Shown in pieces: positions 59,581 to 64,000 of a DNA stretch of 64,000 nt. Source of the DNA: Verrucomicrobiaceae bacterium. Its GTDB lineage: Bacteria > Verrucomicrobiota > Verrucomicrobiia > Verrucomicrobiales > Akkermansiaceae. The position numbers and the translations under genes are program-made. The first letter of the stretch is position 1. Each line of letters begins with the position of its first letter. The DNA lies in NCBI GenBank assembly GCA_051252135.1, contig JBPOGH010000014.1:32001-96000 (forward strand), in the 5' to 3' direction. Under the pieces are notes generated by a model that was not told where the DNA came from, made no database searches, and was given only the letters and a program-made list of their open reading frames with translations.

Positions 59581-59655
59581 TCCCCTCATTCAAATTTCGT
59601 GTCTTCAGCATATCCAATGGTAAAAAAACAACCCTAACCAAACCTCCCCAATCTC

Positions 59656-61146
59656 GTGATCAAATCTCATACCTCATCTCTCATCTCCCTCTTCATTCTC
59701 CTTCTGAGTTCGTGCTCACTGTTCGGAGTTCAACCTTCCCCTGCGGACCAGCCCCCGAGTACAAGCTCCCCTGCGGACCAGCCCTCGAGTGCAAGATCCC
59801 CTGCGGACGAGCCCTCGAGTGCAAGCTCCAGAAACCCCAACATCATCCTCATCATGGCCGATGACGTCTCTTGGGAATGCTTCTCCTGCTACGGAGCCGA
59901 GGACTACAAAACCCCCCACCTCGATGCCCTCGCCGCCCAAGGAATCCGCTTCAACCACTGCTACTCGACCCCCATCTGCACCACCTCCCGTGTCAAACTC
60001 ATGACCGGGAAATACAACTTTCGAAACTACACCCACTTCGGCTACCTCCACCCCGAAGAAAAAACCTTCGCCCACCTCCTCAAATCCGCCGGCTACAAAA
60101 CCGCCATCGCCGGCAAATGGCAACTCAACGGACTCTACCACAGCGCCCCTGGAAACCAGGACGCCACCCGCCCCGTCAAAGCCGGCTTCGATGAATACTG
60201 CCTCTGGCAAGTCACCACCCAAAAACGTGGCCCACAAGGCGGCGAACGATTCTGGTCCCCGCCCCTCGAACAAAACGGCAAGTTCCTCACCAAGGAAGAC
60301 AACCATCTCAAGTACGGTCCCGACCTCATGTCCGACTTCCTCTGCGATTTTATCCGCCGCAACCAGAACGAACCCTTCTTCGTCTACTACCCCGCCGTCC
60401 TCGTCCACGACCCCTTCGTCCCCACCCCCGACACCATCGGAGACCAACCCCGCACTCACGACGCCAACAAGGCGCCCAAGGACAAAGACGCCAAAAAAGC
60501 CAACTTCGTCGCCATGGTCGAATACCTCGACAAAATCGTTGGCAAGATCGTTAAGCAAGTCGACGACGTCGGCCAACTCGAGAACACCATCATCATGTTC
60601 ACCGCCGACAACGGCACTCACCGCACCCTCACCTCCCGCTGGAACGGCCGGAACATCCAGGGTGGAAAAGGCACCACCACCGACATGGGAACCCACGTCC
60701 CCTTCATCGCATCCTGGAAAGGCAAATCCCCCACCGGCCTCGTCTCCGATGACCTCATCGACTTCACCGATTTCTACCCCACCCTCGCTCAAGCCGCCGG
60801 AATCAAATTAGGAAAAGACGACCCCATCGATGGCGTCAGTTTCCTCCCCCAACTCCAGGGCCAACAAGGCACCCCACGCGACTGGGTCTTCTGCCACTAC
60901 CAACCCTACTGGGGAAACGTCCCCGGCACCCAATTCGCCCGCACCCAAACCCACAAACTCTACCCTGATGGCCGCTTCTACCACATCCCCAACGATCTCA
61001 AGGAGGAGACAAAACTCAAGCCAATCCACCCCTCCCACCAAACCCTCTCCAAAGTCCTAAAATCCGCCCCAGCCCCCACCACCAAAGGAGGAAAGAACGC
61101 CAAAGAACGCCCCGTCTATCCCAATCGGCCAAGCCTTTCTCAATAG
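59656..61146 (+). CDS. Sulfatase (S1, Cys-type, CTTSR), possible lipoprotein with a repeat linker
   Basis: LLSSC lipobox-like; PNIILIMADD, ICTTSRVKLMTG, GKWQL, VHDP, ADNG. Paralogous to 34780-36165. Confidence 0.92.
   Translation: MIKSHTSSLISLFILLLSSCSLFGVQPSPADQPPSTSSPADQPSSARSPADEPSSASSRNPNIILIMADDVSWECFSCYGAEDYKTPHLDALAAQGIRFNHCYSTPICTTSRVKLMTGKYNFRNYTHFGYLHPEEKTFAHLLKSAGYKTAIAGKWQLNGLYHSAPGNQDATRPVKAGFDEYCLWQVTTQKRGPQGGERFWSPPLEQNGKFLTKEDNHLKYGPDLMSDFLCDFIRRNQNEPFFVYYPAVLVHDPFVPTPDTIGDQPRTHDANKAPKDKDAKKANFVAMVEYLDKIVGKIVKQVDDVGQLENTIIMFTADNGTHRTLTSRWNGRNIQGGKGTTTDMGTHVPFIASWKGKSPTGLVSDDLIDFTDFYPTLAQAAGIKLGKDDPIDGVSFLPQLQGQQGTPRDWVFCHYQPYWGNVPGTQFARTQTHKLYPDGRFYHIPNDLKEETKLKPIHPSHQTLSKVLKSAPAPTTKGGKNAKERPVYPNRPSLSQ
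59737..59826 (+). repeat. 3 x 30-bp in-frame tandem repeat (SPADQPPSTS / SPADQPSSAR / SPADEPSSAS)
   Basis: Units start at 59737, 59767 and 59797; consensus TCCCCTGCGGACCAGCCCTCGAGTGCAAGC. Confidence 0.9.
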
Positions 61147-61222
61147 AACGGAATCAAATAGCCCCCCGACCCAAAGCGAGAGTTCTTGACTTGTCGATCC
61201 CGCCATCGTGGATTGGGGTAAT

Positions 61223-63802
61223 ATGAAAAAATGGCTCCGTCTCTCGTTGATTAGTGTCATTTGCACTCCTCTGGTCTCCCCCGGACAGGACTACACCATC
61301 GCCTGGGAACAGGCGACCCCCGGAACTTCTGCCTTCGATGTCTCCCTTGGAGATATCGACAACGACAACGATCAGGATGCCGTGATTTGCCATCTCACCG
61401 GAGGAAGCGTCCTTCTCACTAACAACGGAAATGGCATCTTCACCCTCGTCTCCGACGCTAACCTCCCCTCTGCCGGAGCCGTGGAATTCGGCGACCTCAA
61501 CGGAGACAACCATCCCGACCTCTTCTTCGCCGTCCATCTGGGATCCTGCAAGGTCTGGCTCAACGATGGCTCCGGAAACTTCACCGACAGCGGCCAATCC
61601 ATCGGCGCAAACGAATCAAGAAGAAGCCTCGAACTTGTCGATATCGATAACGACAACGACCTCGATGCCGTCGTGCCAACCAACTCCTCATCGGGAACCA
61701 ATAAAATCTGGCTCAACGACGGAAACGGAGTGTTCACCGACAGCGGGCAGGATCTGGGCTCCAACTTTGCCCAGGGAGTTGCCGTCGGTGATGTCGATGC
61801 AGATGACGATCCGGATATCATTCTCTGCATCAACGGTCGCAATAAAATTTGGCTCAACAACGGTAGCGGATCGTTCACCGAAAGTGGAGTAACCTTTAGC
61901 GTCTCTACCACCTTTGATGCCGCCCTCGCCGACCTCGATGGTGATGACGATCTCGATCTCTACTTCGCCAACGGCAACAACAGCGACTCGCTTCGCCCGA
62001 ACGAAGTTTGGCTCAACGACGGCAGCGGTGGATTCACCGACTCCGGACAAGACCTCGGCCTCGAATACTCGTTCTCCGTGCACCTCCATGATTTCGATGG
62101 CGATGGCGACCTTGACGCTCTGGAAGGAAATCACAGCGGACAGATCAACCACATCCGCTACAATGATGGCGACGGTAACTTCTCCGACAGCGGCCTTCAA
62201 ATGAGCCGCGACTCCGTCTCTGGAATCGCCTCCGCCGACCTGGACGGCGACAATGACCTCGACTTCTTCCTCGCCGTCAACGGAGGCCCCTCAACGGTCT
62301 GGCTTTCCGTTCCCGCCCCCACCCTCATCTCCGACACCCTCCAGCGTCTGGGTGGTTCGAGGGCAGATGCCGTGGCGCACGGCGATCTCGACGGTGATGG
62401 CGATCTCGATGCCGCCGTCGGCAACACGGGCGGACTCGTTCGCATCCTGATCAATGATGGAACCGGACAACTCAGTCAACCCGGCGATCCCCTCCCCAAC
62501 GGCTTTGGAAACAACAACGGCGATCTCGCATTGGGAGACTTTGATGGAGACAACGACCTCGATCTCATCGTCGTCAACAATGAGCAAGGCAGCACAGCGG
62601 ATCAACAGAATCGAATTTGGATCAACGACGGATCCGGGAACTTCAGCCTCGGAACCACTTTCCCCGATCAATTGCCCAGCAATGCCGTCGCCGTCGCAGA
62701 CCTCGATGGCGATGACGACCTCGACTTCATTGTCGGAAACGCCATGTACTCCTTCTACACCGGCCAGAATCAAATCTTCATCAATAATGGCGGCGGCTCC
62801 TTCACCGCGACCGATGGGCTGGGGCAAGACCACGCCCAGGATATCATCCTGGCTCATTTCAATAACGACACCCATCTCGACGCGTTCATCGTGAGCTTCA
62901 ACGGCGCGAACAAGGTCTGGCTTGGCAACGGCGATGCCACCTTCACCGATACCGGTCAATCACTCGCAAGCCGAAAGACGACCTCGGTAGCGACCGCTGA
63001 TTTCGATGCCGATGGCGACCTTGATGTCGTATGCGGGAATGACCGGCAAAGTAACATCATCTGGCTCAATGATGGATCAGGAAACTTCACCGAAAGCGGA
63101 GCATCACTCGGTTCCGGATCAACCCGATCCGTCGCCGTCGTTGATCGCAATGGCGACAACCACCCTGACATCTGGATCGGAAACGGAGTCAACGGACCGG
63201 AAGCCGACTTCATCTACCAAAACGATGGCGCAGGGAATTTCACCCTCGCCCAAACAATCGACTCCCGCACAACTCCCGACCTCACAGTCGCTGACTTCAC
63301 CGGAGACGGCATGGACAACGTTCTCACTGTCAGCGCCGAAGGCGATCACGCCCTCTGGACCCTTCCCCAGCCCACCGTAGATCCCGCAGCATACGCAGCC
63401 TCATTCGGTCTCAACGGCCCCGATACGGCACCCGAGGCCGATCCCGATGGAGACGGACTTCCAAACTTCCTCGAAATGGCCTTCAACCTCAACCCCACCG
63501 TGGCAGACGCCGACATCGAATCATCTTCCGCCACCTCCATCAGTGGCGTCCCCGCCCTGAGAGTCGCCCTCAATGGCCCCAATAAATTCATCAATGCCCT
63601 CGTCATTCGCCGCCTCAATACGCCCAACCTCAACTACACCCTCAACGTCTCGTCAAATCTCCTCAATTTCTCAGCCGCCCCGGGAGTCATCGTCATGACC
63701 CAGCCCATCGATACCAATTATGAACGGGCCACCTATCGTTTCACCGTCCCCGCCGGTAGCCCCGCATACTATGGTCGCTTCGAGGTTTCCTACACCCCAT
63801 AA
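61223..63802 (+). CDS. Secreted FG-GAP/VCBS repeat beta-propeller protein with the shared C-terminal module
   Basis: About 14 repeats of GDxDGDxDLD...WLNDGSGxFT; DPDGDGLPNFLEMAFNLNP; YTLNVSSNLLNF...YGRFEV. Confidence 0.88.
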   Translation: MKKWLRLSLISVICTPLVSPGQDYTIAWEQATPGTSAFDVSLGDIDNDNDQDAVICHLTGGSVLLTNNGNGIFTLVSDANLPSAGAVEFGDLNGDNHPDLFFAVHLGSCKVWLNDGSGNFTDSGQSIGANESRRSLELVDIDNDNDLDAVVPTNSSSGTNKIWLNDGNGVFTDSGQDLGSNFAQGVAVGDVDADDDPDIILCINGRNKIWLNNGSGSFTESGVTFSVSTTFDAALADLDGDDDLDLYFANGNNSDSLRPNEVWLNDGSGGFTDSGQDLGLEYSFSVHLHDFDGDGDLDALEGNHSGQINHIRYNDGDGNFSDSGLQMSRDSVSGIASADLDGDNDLDFFLAVNGGPSTVWLSVPAPTLISDTLQRLGGSRADAVAHGDLDGDGDLDAAVGNTGGLVRILINDGTGQLSQPGDPLPNGFGNNNGDLALGDFDGDNDLDLIVVNNEQGSTADQQNRIWINDGSGNFSLGTTFPDQLPSNAVAVADLDGDDDLDFIVGNAMYSFYTGQNQIFINNGGGSFTATDGLGQDHAQDIILAHFNNDTHLDAFIVSFNGANKVWLGNGDATFTDTGQSLASRKTTSVATADFDADGDLDVVCGNDRQSNIIWLNDGSGNFTESGASLGSGSTRSVAVVDRNGDNHPDIWIGNGVNGPEADFIYQNDGAGNFTLAQTIDSRTTPDLTVADFTGDGMDNVLTVSAEGDHALWTLPQPTVDPAAYAASFGLNGPDTAPEADPDGDGLPNFLEMAFNLNPTVADADIESSSATSISGVPALRVALNGPNKFINALVIRRLNTPNLNYTLNVSSNLLNFSAAPGVIVMTQPIDTNYERATYRFTVPAGSPAYYGRFEVSYTP

Positions 63803-63857
63803 CCCCACCTCAATCTGAAAGGCATCATTCCTTTTGGAAGTATGGCTAACTCTGATC

Positions 63858-64000
63858 ATGACCCTTCGCTTTCTTTTCCTGCTCCTTCTTCTCCCCGCCT
63901 CCGCCAAGGAATTCGATCTCTACCTCCTCGCCGGGCAATCGAACATGGATGGCCGCGGCCAAGCCTCCGATCTCACCGCAGAACAACGCGCCCCGTCCTC
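63858..64000 (+). CDS. Sialate O-acetylesterase / SASA (CE6-like) carbohydrate esterase (partial; runs off the right edge)
   Basis: Manual translation MTLRFLFLLLLLPASAKEFDLYLLAGQSNMDGRG: signal peptide plus the GQSN catalytic motif. Confidence 0.8.
   Translation, partial: MTLRFLFLLLLLPASAKEFDLYLLAGQSNMDGRGQASDLTAEQRAPS

Noticed and set aside
59737..59826. 30-bp repeats as a CRISPR array
   Set aside because: Head-to-tail with no spacers, in frame within a CDS, and no cas genes.
1..64000. Genome-wide UGA reassignment (genetic code 4 or 25)
   Set aside because: Many full-length genes end in TGA, several with ATGA stop/start overlaps, and conserved Trp and Gly positions use standard codons.
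1..64000. tRNA-Sec, selA/selB/selD, other tRNA/rRNA, transposases or integrases
   Set aside because: None recognised by eye. This says nothing about the rest of the genome.

Overview
Window from a high-GC Verrucomicrobiota genome, probably a marine Verrucomicrobiales member (PEP-CTERM protein, PVC-type CxxCH dehydrogenase, many sulfatases). All calls come from motif reading and recalled family knowledge, not database searches. The left half (1-27.5 kb) is mostly core or conserved genes: gatB, aroC, HU, a DtxR/MntR regulator, an amidase, a LacI regulator, fxsA, a polyprenyl synthase, pfkA, two PAS-PP2C phosphatases and an orphan RelE-like gene. The right half (27.5-64 kb) is accessory and geared to red-algal sulfated galactans: a lambda-carrageenase-like GH150, a GH86 agarase/porphyranase, six sulfatases, a DUF1800/DUF1501 pair and several large secreted proteins. 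The main finding is two thiol-oxidoreductase genes that the ORF track splits in two. Each has a single in-frame TGA exactly at the catalytic Cys: a thioredoxin-like lipoprotein (10140-10676, W-U-G-P-C) and a signal-peptide-bearing BCP peroxiredoxin (20629-21132, PKALTGG-U-TKQVC). Each TGA is followed by a SECIS-like hairpin, so both are candidate exported selenoproteins or another form of site-specific UGA recoding. No sel genes or tRNA were seen in the window. Five unrelated secreted proteins also share a C-terminal Y-x-x-x-x-S-x-[DN]-L-x-x-[WF]...[FY]-x-R module, a possible sorting signal. The window has extreme C>G strand skew, broken by islands.
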